From: Octopus sinensis
Lineage: Eukaryota
Assembly (NCBI RefSeq): GCF_006345805.1
Contig: NC_042997.1
Coordinates: forward strand, 49,538,001 to 49,602,000
Length of the DNA stretch: 64,000 bases
Direction: 5' to 3'
Shown here: positions 51,184-64,000 of the stretch, piece after piece
How the letters are laid out: every line of letters begins with the position of its first letter
Position numbering within the stretch: the first letter of the stretch is position 1
Position numbers and translations under genes: made by a program
The notes under the pieces: generated by a model
Told to the model about the DNA's origin: nothing
The model's input: the letters and a program-made list of their open reading frames with translations, nothing else
Databases searched by the model: none

Positions 51184-51547
51184 TTTATTTTTTATTCCTT
51201 AATTTGGGATTTCTATTCGCATGCATATCAAACCCTACTGTTAACCGTAAGGTATTAAACAATTTTTTCAGTTTATCGAAATTCAATATGAGAATAACAT
51301 ATGCAACCTTCTACGTCAATAAATCAGTGTTGTTCCAGAGCGTTGTTTTTTTAATACATTCTACGGACTGCTTTAAGCTTACTATCTTCCTACACTTTGA
51401 TACTAGGATCTTATCTTTACTTATATATATATATAATGTATATGTATCTCTCTCTTTCTCTCTCCGTCTCTCTCTCTTTCCCTCTCTCTCTATATATATA
51501 TAAATCATATATATATAATATATATAATAATATATATACTGCTATGC

Positions 51548-51732
51548 CTAAGCAGTTGACTGAAAAATGATGAGCTAACTCAGGTTAGTTTAGTATCTTT
51601 GCATAAAATTTGAGTGAAATTGTTTTGTGAGTGTTTTGACTCAATCGGATGCGCATGGAGCCATGTTAGCGTTGATATCCGGGTTCGATTCTAACCTGAG
51701 TTAACTCATAATTTTTTCAGTAAATTGTTTAG
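51548..51732. mobile_element. Small foldback/MITE-like element
   Basis: ACTGAAAAATGATGAGCTAACTCAGGTTAG / CTAACCTGAGTTAACTCATAATTTTTTCAGT. Confidence 0.6.
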
Positions 51733-51875
51733 ATACTGTTGCTTCAATCGGAACATATATATATTATCATTATGATATATTATTATATAGTTATTATTGT
51801 ATAAACAAACTTTCGAAGTCGCTCTTTCAACGTAAAATATCAAGCCTCTGGGTGTGTTTACAAATGTTATGCAAA

Positions 51876-51923
<48 letters not shown>

Positions 51924-51988
51924 AATAAAAAATGGAGTTATTGTTAACAAGGTAAAAATACACTCATCTATTTATTATATTATATATA

Positions 51989-52049
<61 letters not shown>

Positions 52050-52350
52050 TGCGTAAAAAATACAGGAGCAACGATAATATTTTTTTTGTCATACTCCCCT
52101 CTCAGATTCGCACACTTATGCAGCGGTCCTTCAGTTTTTTTAAGCTCTGTAAAAGAACTCGGAAGGTTGGGCCTCCAATCAGGCCTTTCGTGACACCCTT
52201 AAAGCCATCAACTTTTCAATATCTCGTCGTATGAAGGGCCGCTGCAATAAGTGTGCGAATATTAGAGGGGGTATGACAAATAAAACAATTAACTGGTGCT
52301 CCTGTAGTTTCTTTTATCCAAACCCAGGAACCTTTCAGCACTCGCCTCGT
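52050..52350. mobile_element. Mariner-derived element made of two inverted 3' ends
   Basis: TGTCATACTCCCCTCT...TTCGCACACTTATGCAGCGG is inverted against CCGCTGCAATAAGTGTGCGAA...GGGGTATGACA; TIR AGGAACCTTTCAGCACTCGCCTCG-TA. Confidence 0.65.
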
Positions 52351-52397
52351 ATATCTATCTATGTCTATATCTATCTATCTATCTATCTATCTATCTA

Positions 52398-52432
<35 letters not shown>

Positions 52433-52559
52433 ATCTATCTATCTATCTATATCATCTATCTATCTATATATATATATATATGTATATAATATATATATTA
52501 TATATATATATATATTCTTATATTATATATAATATATATATATATAATATATATACATA

Positions 52560-52711
52560 CACGATGTGGTGCTGAAATATTCATGACTTAAACGGTATCG
52601 CGAAAGGCTTGGCTGAGATTCAACCTTCCAAGGTCTTTACAAGGCTTAGAATACTTGATGCTCCTGTATTTTCTTTTACACAAAACCAGGAACTTTTCAG
52701 CACTCCTCTCG
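52560..52711. mobile_element. Mariner-derived MITE
   Basis: CGATGTGGTGCTGAAA / TTTCAGCACTCCTCTCG-TA termini. Confidence 0.65.
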
Positions 52712-52889
52712 TATATATATATATATATATAAGAAATAATAGAGTAAAATACATATTTGTATCGATATCGATATGATCAACTACAGCTCACTGAAGACCG
52801 TGTCTCGCCATAGTCCGACTTCCATGTCTCAATGAATTGAAGAATAAAGTTGCCAACCATGACTGCTGCGTTCAAGCTGAAACTAAAAG

Positions 52890-52925
<36 letters not shown>

Positions 52926-53934
52926 CAACACATATATATGATCTATATATATGAATGATCGAACGCCACGCATCTATTTCCAAGTAAGTTTTATCTTAAT
53001 AATTCCGATACGCACTCTACAGCTATCTCTATTCTATCTCCTTCTCTTGTTCTTCTTCCTTTCTGTTTCTCTCCCCCAACCTTTCTCTAATCTCACTCTC
53101 CCTCACTCTTCCTCCTTGACTCTCTCGTTGTTCACACGTGACCAACGGCTATCTATCTTTCTTTCTTCCACTTCCTTCCTAAAGACATGACGTGCTTTTG
53201 CCTATCTCTTCCCAAAGCTTGTTTCTCAAGCGTTCATCACTTCACCTCGTTATGGTTTAACAACTCTTACTTCGCAATTGTACAATCCCTCAAACGTACA
53301 AATTCCTGCATGAATTATACAAATAAACAAGAAAAGCACTCGGAGAGCGCAGACCTCTGCCAAGCAGCTCATTTCCACCCATATACACGCATACTGAAAA
53401 TCGCCCAAATTGCCCAATCCAACGCCGGCAAAAACATAACCTCCTTGGCGTGGTTAAAAAAAATAACACAGCAATATGATTTTTTAAAACAATACTTTAA
53501 AAACAGGAATCATCTGAAGCAGTTATAACACATCAATGACAACAACAAGCTCGTTTCACCATACAACTAAAAAGAAACGACAATTACCTAAAACTTGAGT
53601 GATACACACACAACACGAGTAAAATTATTATAGAGAAACGAAAATAAGCTTTGGAAACAGCAACGCCACCATAGGTTGCGTTTTCAAGGGAGATAATCCA
53701 AGAACGTAACATCGTAATACTTCATGTAAAGTAAATATATCAAATGAAAAACCCTTCAAGAATCCATAAAAATTCTCAGATCACTAACAAAATTTCATCA
53801 TCTGTTCCTTGTGTCATTACCAACTTTCCCGGCAAGTTTCATCAAATACCGTTCACAACTTTTGGAGTTATTTGGCACACAAACGGATAAACCAACGCTG
53901 ATGAAAACAACCCCCTTCCTTGGCGGATGTAATC

Positions 53935-54330
53935 AATACGAAGATATTGGTAGGACATTCCCATCAAAACTTCTACCAAGTGCCAACGGAACAGGTCTGA
54001 TATAGTTATTTGTGACAAAAGAAAAAAAAGAAGAAATAAAGAAAAAGAATCTTGTTTGTTATAGAAGTTAGTTGCCGGTAGATCTGAACAATTCTTCCAA
54101 AATCAGCAAGAAGAATATTTTGGGATAACTTATTCGAAACCTTCGGCTCCTCTACTCAGATTTATAAATTCACAATCCTACTAATAATCATTGTATCACT
54201 TGGTTATCTTAGGAAATGTCTAAATGACAATATGGTACAACCAATATTTTCAGGTAAAGAACGAATTTGATTACCACACACTTTACGGATGTCATATCTA
54301 AATGGAACAGGAAAAATATACAAAAATTTC
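53935..54330 (+). mobile_element. Degenerate R4-like RLE endonuclease fragment
   Basis: RYW*DIPIKTSTKCQRNRSDIVICDK...IEVSC. Confidence 0.55.
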
Positions 54331-54481
54331 CTCCAGTTCATTTTGTAACAATTATCGCTTTTGTTATTCAAATCTCAGCGATGGAGCTTTTCTTTGTGAG
54401 AAACGCGTTTCCTTTTTGCATTAATATGTTGACAATATTGATCACATCAATACCCAATAACTTATAAAGAGTTTCTCGTAA

Positions 54482-54712
54482 AGGTGGCGAGCTGGCAGAA
54501 ACGTTAGCACGCCGGGCGAAATGCGTAGTCGTATTTCGTCTGTCGTTACGTTCCGAGTTCAAATTCCGCCGAGGTCGACTTTGCCTTTCATCCTTTCGGG
54601 GTCGATAAATTAAGCACCAGTTTCGCACTGGGGTCGATGTAATCGACTCAATCCCTTTGTCTGTCCTTGTTTGTCTCCTCTATGTTTAGCCCCTTGTGTG
54701 TAATAAAGAAAT
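54482..54712 (+). mobile_element. SINE family B with long TSD
   Basis: TATAAAGAGTTTCTCGTAAAG on both sides. Confidence 0.9.
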
Positions 54713-55654
54713 ATATAAAGAGTTTCTCGTAAAGAATTTTGGTATCATGGTTAATGATTCGTCGGCCTCATCATTCTCAAAGTCTCTGCTCTTACCGACG
54801 AAAACTTCACCTGATGTTTCTTCTATGAATATTTTAAAACTCAAGTCACTTTCTAGTTAGCTTTAGACGAAAGCTTCTACGACATCTGTTTCGCCTGATA
54901 TCTGAAACCCTCTTGTTTCGCATTTTTTAAAACCTTTTCTAACTCCACGTCTGCAGAAGTGTTTTTGTTCATTTTATTGTTTATTTTATTTTTTTACACG
55001 TGTTGACTCGAATGATAATCTTCTGTGCCTTCACCAAACAGCTAAATTGAATATTGCCGACTTGAGGATGTAGTTGTTGATGCTTTTGAGAGTTCTTTGT
55101 CCTCGTATATCTTGTGTAAGAAAAACATCAACTTCAATTAACGCGAGAACTTTGTCGACGACAGAATTTCGATGCTGGTAGATTAGCAACAAGAAAATCT
55201 GTTGAGTCTGTCAAATATAAGATTTCGGTGCAAAGTTGTCCCTCAAGTATAATACAGACTCCGACATGCATTTACCACAAGGGAGGCAATTATCAGGGTT
55301 GGCTCTGTTACAGGTAGGTGTGGGATATGATTTCGAGTTGTTTGCGTTTGCGAGTCATTTACCGTTGGGTCTTCGACTTATTTCCTGTTGCAGATTTTAA
55401 GAAACTACGGTTCTCGTGTATATAGTAAGGGATTACTATATACGGAACCATTTAGCTGTGTTTATTTTGCGCTATATTGGCGACTTTATTCTAAAATATT
55501 ATTTGTTTCCTGTTCATACGCTTTGGGATATTAATTCCATGCTTGTTCTACGGAATTTGGAATAAATGCATTAATTGTATTAAACATTTCTATTTAGAAA
55601 CTTTTTCTTCGAAGATATTGTAAAGAAATACATAGAAAGGGAAATATTGGCTTT

Positions 55655-56190
55655 ACATTTTGGCTCAAGGCCAGCAATTTCGGGCGAAGGAAGTAAGTCG
55701 ATTAAATTGATCCTAGTTATCAACTGGTTCTTATTTTATCGACTTCGAAAGAATGAAAGGCAAAAATGACCTGGGTGGAATTTGAACTTAGAACGTAATG
55801 ACGGACGAAAGGCCGCTAAGCATTTTCCCCGGCGTGCTAAAGGTTCTATCAGCTTGCCACCCTAAGTGAAAGGGAAATACTGATTTCAAATTTTGACACA
55901 AGGCCAACAATTTCGGGGGAAGGGGAATGTCGATTACATCGACTTCAGTACATGACAAGTATTTATTTTGTTGGCCCCAAAGGGGGTGAAGGGCAAAATC
56001 AAGCTCGGCTGCAGTTCGACAAGAGAAAGTCCACCAAATTCGGGGAAAGGGGCTAGTCGAGTACATCACCCAGAAAGGGATGAAAAGCAAAGTTGACCTT
56101 GGCGGTATTTGAACTCAAAGCGCAAAAACTGATGAAATGCCGCTGAGCATTTTGCCCGGCGTGCTAACTATTCACCCAGCTTACCGCCAC
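55655..56190 (-). mobile_element. Cluster of degenerate family B SINEs
   Basis: Repeated GAAAGGCAAA...TTTGAACT...CGGCGTGCTAA motifs. Confidence 0.7.
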
Positions 56191-56289
56191 AGAAAGGGAA
56201 GTATTAATAGAAGAAAGATAAAATGAAATAAAATAAAAGGGAGTGATGGTAAGAAGAGAAAATGAAGAGAAGAATGAGATGGGGAGAAC

Positions 56290-56342
<53 letters not shown>

Positions 56343-57372
56343 AAGAGAGAGAAATTGATTGTAGATGCGCAATTCCAAGCGGTATCTTTATATCCACTTG
56401 CGTTTATATATACATATATCTCCCAGATTCTCTCTCATTTTTTGGCACTCCCTTCATTCTCATCACTTTCCCTTCTCGTTTACCTCACTCTCTCCTCTTC
56501 CTTTTTTCTCTCTTTCTCGTCCCTCCACAATTCTTCAATCCCTCTATCCACTAACTCTCTCCTCTCCTTCCACGTGACCCTGATCTTCCTTTCTTGGTTC
56601 GATTACCATCCGTGTAGCATCTTTTTTTTTCTTTCCATGACTTTTATCTTCTATGTTTCACACACACCAGCTTAATTTAATTCGTCCTTAGTCGAAAGGC
56701 ACCTGTTGTTAATGTCCTGCTGTTAGTATTTATAATTGTGTACCATTTCTCCGTTTTTTTTCGTCCTTGTTTTCTAATACATTCGCTTGATTTCTTCCAA
56801 AGAATCTAGTGCTCTTAGTTTAGATTTTCTTGGGGTCGGCCAGATTAGAGCAATCTCAATATTAACCGGCCGAAACTGCAAAGACGGTCTGCTTCTCGAC
56901 TGATGATTGAAAGCTCCGAATAACCCGTCCTTCTTTTTTCCTCTCCTGTTTTGTATCATCTAACTGTCCGAATGTTTTGTTGTCGCCTGTTACGTTCTTG
57001 CTCCATTTTTTGTTTTGATTATATATATATATATTCGTTGCTATTATGAAGAAGTGTTGTAAGTCCAAAACGTTGTTTTTTCAAAAACAGAAAAAATAGT
57101 TTCACCAATCCATGGCAAATCCGTTGTACTAAACTTTGACAACTTTTGATATCTTGGTATCTGAAGCAGCTGGAGATACGGTAGTTTGACCAAAAGAAAC
57201 CGCTATTGCAAGCAAAAAAGTAAATTGAAAAAAAATGCATTTGGCCAAATTTGGACATACGACAGTTTAACATAATAGCAATGATATGTTTGTGTGTTTG
57301 CATATACGTATGTATCTACGTAAGTATGTATATGTATGTATGTATGTATGTATGTATATATATATATATACA

Positions 57373-57700
57373 TAGGAGGAGGAGACCTCCCCCTTCGGTC
57401 ATGAATGACCATGGGATTGCACCTAGAAAGTTACCTTCCGAGGCACAAGTCAGGGCAAGTTTGTTTGTGGGAGGCTAGCAGTCACCCATGCATACCAACC
57501 TCCCCTCTCCACACCACTGATGTTATCCAAAGGAAGGGCAAAGGCCAGTGATGTCGCAACTCATTTCTACAGCTGAGTGAACTGGAGCAATGTGAAATAA
57601 AGTGTCTTGCTCAAGAACACAACACGCAGCCCGGTCCGGGAATCGAACTCACAACCTCACGATCGTAAGCTCTACGCTCTAACCACTGAGCCATGTGCTT
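57373..57700 (-). mobile_element. tRNA-head SINE with a distinct (possibly RTE-derived) tail
   Basis: Head reverse complement GGCTCAGTGGTTAGAGCG...GAGTTCGATTCCCGG; (CCT)n-like end. Confidence 0.65.
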
Positions 57701-57731
57701 TCACACACACACACACAAACACACAGACACA

Positions 57732-57798
<67 letters not shown>

Positions 57799-57854
57799 GC
57801 GCATACACATATATGCGTTTATAATATATTCATCAGCATATATTTTATATATAA

Positions 57855-58124
57855 CTAGCAGTATCAATATATAAGCATTTTTAGAGAGTTACTTCCCTTA
57901 TATAATAGGAAAAAATGCATTGAAAATGGGAGAAAATGATGGTAATTTTTTTTTTAAATCGTAGACTCATCGTAGACGCGCGCTAATACTCAGAAGGGCT
58001 CGATATGAATCACGACTATAAGATACCCGGTTTTGGTTAAACTGTACCGCAAAATGTGGGAGTAGTTAGGAATCTAAATCGTAGGAGACAGACACCCACA
58101 CAACTTCACTTTTATATATAAAGA
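57855..58124 (-). mobile_element. Non-autonomous Helitron
   Basis: Minus strand A|TCTTTATATATAAAAGTGAAG...TACTGCTAG|T; homologous to 62806-63189. Confidence 0.8.
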
Positions 58125-58969
58125 TTTCGCATACACACACATACAGATATATCTCTTCAGATAAATACAAATATCCAGTTTGAATTTGTACCATATCACA
58201 TACAAAGAACATCTCACTGTTAAACATCACCGCATGTATATTCATTAATTCTTCCCATTTTGTTTATCTTTTCCTTCTTTCTTGCCTCTCTTGCTCCTTC
58301 CCTCAACATTTCTTCCTTTTTTTCTCTCTCAGTGTCACCCCGACCACCGACCCCACTCTCTCTCGTTTTACTTATTGCCTTTCATTCCTATACATCAATA
58401 TAAACTTCTTTGTAACCTATCTGAATATAAAAAGACAAAACATATATATATATACATATATTTCAAAATAAAATATGCTTAATATAATTATAATATATTT
58501 CTAAAACTCCGTGGGATCGAGATGTGTAGAGATATATATCACTACCCTGTAAATAACACCATGTTACGGTGGTTATCGTTTTGAGAGCTCAGCCTTAGCA
58601 GCAGTAACGGATGAAATTTAAGACCCGCCAGATTCCGCTGACTAAACGATTTGAAGTTTCTCAAGCTTTCCACATACCGCCAATACCATCAAACATGGTT
58701 ATGCGATACTAAAACCTGCATTCAGTCTCCTGTCGTGTGACACCACTAGCCAGCCAGATGGTACACTACAGAACAAAAGTATTAAACACACTACAATGTG
58801 TATATATATATATATATATATATACAATCATATATGCATGTGTGTACTTGTGTGTGTGTGTGAGAACTCCCGCTCACTTTTGCATTATTGGTTTTGTCTA
58901 AAGGAAGAGATCGTGCCCATGGGTGTATCAATCGGAAATGTAACATACATACATGCATAAATATACGCA

Positions 58970-59045
<76 letters not shown>

Positions 59046-59089
59046 GCACCAATTTAAGAACAAAGATTTAGGCAATTGTATAAGTATAT

Positions 59090-59302
59090 TTATTCTTTTA
59101 CTCTTTTACTTGTTTCAGTCATTTGACTGCGGCCATGCTGGAGCACCGCCTTTAGTCGAACAAATCGACCCCAGAATTTATTCTTTGTAAGCCTAGTACT
59201 TATCCCATCGATCCCTTTTGCCGAACCACTAATTTACGGGTAAGTAAACACACCGGTATCGGTTGTCAAGCGATGTTGAGGGTGACAAACACAGACAAGC
59301 AA

Positions 59303-59381
<79 letters not shown>

Positions 59382-59537
59382 CGACGGGCTTCTTTCAGTT
59401 TCCGTTTACGAAATTTAGTCACAAGGCTTTGGTCAGTCCGAGGCAATAGTAGAAGACACTTCACCAAGGTGCCACGCAGTGGGACTGAAACTGGAATAAT
59501 GTGGTTGGGAAGCAAGCTTCTTACCACTCCTGCGCCT
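59090..59537 (-). mobile_element. SINE family A
   Basis: Family A homology. Confidence 0.85.
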
Positions 59538-59869
59538 ATATATAACTTTTATATATATTTTTATTTACTAGCACTTACCACTTCCCAACACCCACACCAC
59601 ACACCATCATCGGCACACTCGCACACCATCATCTGCGCACCCACACACGCACGCATTACAGACGCACACACATACACATGCACACATCCACACGTCAAAG
59701 TCACTAGCCCCTATCCACACGCACACACTCACACACTCTCACATACACACACGCAGGCGCACCTCCATTTTGGGATCAGCAGTACTTTATTATCTCCCCG
59801 TCTTCCTAGGTGTCCTGTCTAGCTACCTTTTTCCAACCAGTCCCCATGATTGACCGCTAAATCCACAAG

Positions 59870-60010
59870 TTTTTTTTTTCATTCTCTCTCTGTTTATTTC
59901 CACGTGTTCCTTTCTGTTGAAGAGCATAGGCTCGAAACGTAAATGACTTTCTCACTTTTCCGAGCGTCAAACTAAGACACCTGCTTGTTGTTTATACAAC
60001 TGTCTTCGAA
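59870..60010 (+). mobile_element. Penelope-like pLTR relic with minimal hammerhead variant
   Basis: TTT-CTGTTGA-A-GAGC(ATAG)GCTC-GAAACGT-AAA. Confidence 0.55.
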
Positions 60011-60065
60011 ATATATATATATATGTGTGTGTGTGTGTATGTATGTATACATATATGTATGTATG

Positions 60066-60590
60066 CGTGGTCTGATAAATAAGTATCCAGACTGTTTGCT
60101 ATAGTAACGAAGCTAAAGCGCGCAGAGTGAAGCCGCTGGGCACAGAATAACTTTGAACCCTGTTGTGCATGCGCACTAAATTTTAAAGTTCTTCCTCACT
60201 TCGCTGTTTACAGCAGTGCTTAGAAGTAAGGTGTGTAGTGTATGATCATCGCATTGACCAAGACAGAGAATGTTGAGCAGAGTATCTGTATCAAAATTTT
60301 TACCTAAAGCTTGGACATATCTGGTCTGAGGCTTCCGCAAAGTTTTCAAAAGATTTTCAGTGTTCTCGATGCAATCAAGAAGATTTTGTGCAACGGAAAT
60401 CCGAGTGTCTTGTTGGTCAGCTGAAAGCAGCTTTGGCACAAAGCTGGCAGACACGCATCTCATAACCAAATTTTCAGTTATCCTCTGATAACTCACGGAT
60501 GGCGACTCGACGATTTCCCTTCATAGCTGCACGCTTATCTGCGATGTTTCTCTCAGTTCTGTTGGTTGCAGGTCTCCCAGAACGTTCGTA
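60066..60590. mobile_element. Rearranged mariner relic
   Basis: Plus-strand TIR-like start and EQRVSVSKF/QRxCIKF-like N-terminus; minus-strand ITENLVMRCVSASFVPKLLSADQQDTR (mariner WVPxxL linker). Confidence 0.7.
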
Positions 60591-61428
60591 TCTATATGTA
60601 TATGTGTGTGTGTGTTTTTTGTGAGTTCGTGGTTTTCATACAGACACACATGCATACTGAGTGAAACAGAGAGGAGAGACAGAGAAAGAGAGAGAAAGAG
60701 AGAGAGAAACTGGGAGAAATGTATAAATATAAAGAGAAGGAAGAAATGAGAAAGAAAGAAAAATAACAAAGAAACAAAGGAAGCCCATAAAGAGAGAATA
60801 AACTATAAATATTTTTTAAAACTCGTCCATTTTCGGAAACTAGTTTCTGAGATAAGTTTCCGTAAACTTAACTTAATTTTTGTTTCGTTTTTTTTTAGTA
60901 GTTACGTAAGAGCAGCAATATGACTGTTTAGATGAGATTGTTGAAGTTTTCATTCTGAGCTTGTACGCCATTATTCTCACCGTTCAAATGAAGATGCGAT
61001 AAACATTGAATGTAATATTCTATACTGGTATGTAATCAGTTACGACCACGGTTGTTGTTGTAGTAGTACTAAATGTAATAGTAGTCACGTGACAATTTTA
61101 TTTACATGCTAAGTGCAAATAAAGTTATAGATAATGACTTGTAACGTATTGAGTGGAAACCATATTTTAGGGAAAAAAAACAAAACTCCTCAAGTCTGTC
61201 CGTGGGATTCGAACCAAGCATCTTCTGTAACGAGACAGACATAGTAACTCACTGCATAGGAGAAACCATTTCAAAGTTACGTTTTTGAAATTGGTTACTT
61301 AGTCAGAAAGTGTGTGGTTCGAAACCCGTGAGTACCTTTTGATCAATTTTCTTTCCCCTTGTCTCTATCCAACTATATTGTATATTTTAACCGTCTATAT
61401 TGTAAGTTATTATGTATAATATAGTTGT

Positions 61429-61640
61429 AAGGCGGCGAACTGGCAAAATCTTTAGCGCATCGAGCAAAATGCTTAGCAACATTTCCCCCGCCTCTTTACA
61501 TCCATAGTTCAAATATAGCCAAAGAAAATTTTACCTTTCATCTTTTCGGGGTCGATAAAATAAGTCCCAGTTGAGCACTGGAGTCAGTGTAATCGGCTCT
61601 CCCTTCCCGCCTAGATTGTTGACCTTATGTCAACAATTAT
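61429..61640 (+). mobile_element. Degenerate SINE family B
   Basis: GGCGGCGAACTGGCAAAA...CCTTTCATCTTTTCGGGGTCGATAA. Confidence 0.75.
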
Positions 61641-61749
61641 AAATACCTGTATTAACTTGGTGATACACTGTTATATAATTTGTTTGGAATTTTATGCTTA
61701 CGTTTATAAAAATAATTTGAGAAAATTACTTTAAAAATATAACGATATA

Positions 61750-62043
61750 CGTCGCCCTTTTCAAGCCTAGCCAGGCTCATGGGCCCGGTTCCCCGGTTTC
61801 TGTGGCGTATGTGTTCCCCCACTCCAGCTGGACGGTACGCCAGTCCATCGCGGCGTTACTCAGGAAACAGGAAGAAAGAGTGAGAGAAAGTAGTGGTGAA
61901 AGAGTACAACAGGGGTCACCACCGCGTGGAACTTTTAGGTGTTTTTGTTCAATAAACACACACAACGCCCGGTCTGGGAATCGAAACTGCGATCCTCCGA
62001 CCGCGAGTCCACTGCCCTAACCACTGGGCCCTTGCGCCTCCAC
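61750..62043 (-). mobile_element. SINE family C
   Basis: Reverse complement of 27700-28006. Confidence 0.82.
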
Positions 62044-62299
62044 TTTAGAAATATACTGTACTAATTTTTATTAGTCTAAATGAAATATTTTCTCATCAGT
62101 AATTACTCCAGCTAAAAAAATTCTTGTTTATTTTATAATCAGTAATTAAAAAGAACAAATCTTTGAAAAGTGTCACGTGTGACCTTCTCTTTAAAAAGAA
62201 GAATTTCTATGGAAATTATCAGCCACGCAGCTGCAAAATTGTGATTTATAACAAGCAAACTGTGTGAAATGGAACTAGTATAATGTCATATACCTTTCT

Positions 62300-62502
62300 A
62301 CTATAGGCACTAGGCCTGGAGATGTAAGGGACGGGTGTAATCGGTTACATCGTTCCCAGTGCTCAACTGGTACTCATATTATCGATCCCGAAAGAGATGG
62401 AAGACAAAGTCGACCGCGGCGGAATTTGATCTCAAACCAAAAGACAGACGAAATGCTGACTATTTTGTCTGTCGTGCTAACGACTCTGCTAGCTCGTTGC
62501 CG
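62300..62502 (-). mobile_element. Degenerate SINE family B
   Basis: Family B homology. Confidence 0.7.
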
Positions 62503-62805
62503 TCTAACACGATGTCATACAATCATGCAATTTAAAACCAGTTTAACAAAGTGTGAGAAAATGTCGTGAGGTTATCGCTTAAACAGAAAATTGTCAAAGA
62601 ATAAAATATTTTTCGGGTACAGTAATTTTCTTAGTCTTTGAATTTTAATTTTTGCTCGTTAAATTATGCTTAGAACTCATGTAACTGAAACCGAGCGATG
62701 TTTTCTCAAAAATATTTCTTTATGTCATCTTAGAAACGGATTTAATGTGGGTCAACCATCTTCTGTTGCAGATAAAACCAGTTGTTTAAAAAAATCCAAT
62801 ATTAA

Positions 62806-63189
62806 TCTTCATATATAAAAGTGAAGTTATGTGTCTGTCTCCTACGATTTAGATTCCCAACTACTCCTACATTTTGCGGTGCAGTTTAACCAAAACCGGG
62901 TATCGTATAGTCGTGATTCATATCGAGCCCTTCTGGGTATTAGCGCGCGTCTACGATGAGTCTACGATTTTAAAAATAATTTACCATCATTTTTTTCCAT
63001 TTTAATGCATTTTTCACTATTATATAAGGGAGGTAACTCTCTAAAAATGTCTACGATGAGTCAACGGTTAAAAAAAAATTTTTTGCCATTTTTAATGCAT
63101 TTTTTTGCTATTTTTGGCTATAACTCTCTAAAAATGCTTATATAGTTATTTCCCTTACAAACCCGAGCAACGCCGAGTGATACTGCTAG
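62806..63189 (+). mobile_element. Non-autonomous Helitron
   Basis: A|TC start, subterminal hairpin CCCGAGCAACGCCGAG, CTAG|T end, no TSD; internal duplication of GTCTACGATGAGTC. Confidence 0.82.
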
Positions 63190-63588
63190 TTATAAATAAA
63201 ATAGATGTACGACAGCTACTGATGAATAAAATTAGAAATAAAATTGCCATCTCTGGATGGTACTGGATTGCCCTTAAATACAGTAGCAACCTCAGATGGC
63301 AATCAAAGACAGCAGAGTTACTCAGAAAGAGTGGCGGGTTCTTGTTCTCTTTCTCCATGAGACAAATTTCACATCCTTTCGGTACGTTAGTGCGTGCCTG
63401 AATTATCCAGGTTTTGTTCATTAGAATTATTTCCCCTGGCTCACTTTTGGCAATTATGCAAATTGTATTGTCCAAAAAGTTTTCTTAGCATTTTTCTAAT
63501 TCAAAAACTTCCCTCAATTGATTACAGAAGGCTCACACAGGCACGGTTACATACACGGGCGCACACACATGTAAGATTATATACAGTA

Positions 63589-64000
63589 CAGTAATTCCTC
63601 GCCATACCGCGGTTCACCTATCGCGGTTTGCTATTTAAGCTTACGTCGATTCCCTCGTGGTGTTGTTTTGCATTTATAGTAAAATAAATATATACAAATA
63701 AAAGTAATTTTTAAAAATATACAGTACAGTACTGTTTCTTATTTCTTTATTGCCCACAAGGGGCTAAACACAGAGGATACAAACAAGGACAGACAAAGGG
63801 ATTAAGTCGATTACATCGACCCCAGTGCTTAACTGGTACTAAATTTATCGACCCCGAAAGGATGAAAGGCAAAGTCGACCTCGGCGGAATTTGAACTCAG
63901 AACGTAATGGCCGACGAAATATGGCTACGCATTTCGCCCGGCGTGCTAACGTTTCTGCTAGCTCGCCGCCTTCTGTTTCTACTTCGCGGATTTTCACCTA
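63589..64000. mobile_element. Pogo/Tigger-type MITE (runs off the window), interrupted by a family B SINE at 63738-63971
   Basis: TA-CAGTAATTCCTCGCCATACCGCGGTTCACCTATCGCGG start; SINE flanked by CTGTTTCT duplication. Confidence 0.65.

Noticed and set aside
54730-55440. Possible L1/Tx1 zinc-knuckle remnant (minus strand DNCLPCGKC..ESV)
   Set aside because: Too degenerate to support without a profile search

Overview
AT-rich, microsatellite-dense eukaryotic intergenic or intronic DNA, most likely from an octopus (inferred from the SINE families and a mollusc-type cytochrome b NUMT). No host protein-coding gene, rRNA, true tRNA or CRISPR array can be supported, and most ORF-track entries are microsatellite artefacts. 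The window is a nest of mobile elements: a Penelope-like (probably Naiad-type) GIY-YIG retroelement forming a ~2.6 kb palindrome, several Penelope pLTR relics with variant hammerhead-ribozyme motifs, R4/Dong, Hero and CRE-like RLE retrotransposon fragments, a young 5'-truncated CR1-group LINE, Tc1/mariner relics and MITEs, non-autonomous Helitrons, a foldback MITE with a telomeric-repeat core, four recurrent short-repeat families (called A-D here), a cytb NUMT and one 100-N gap. The best leads are the non-canonical hammerhead cores, the SINE-A internal microsatellite acting as a landing pad for foreign DNA, a (TAA)n-associated non-coding retroelement (family D), and the telomere-repeat MITE. 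Boundaries were read by eye and are approximate. No database searches were run.
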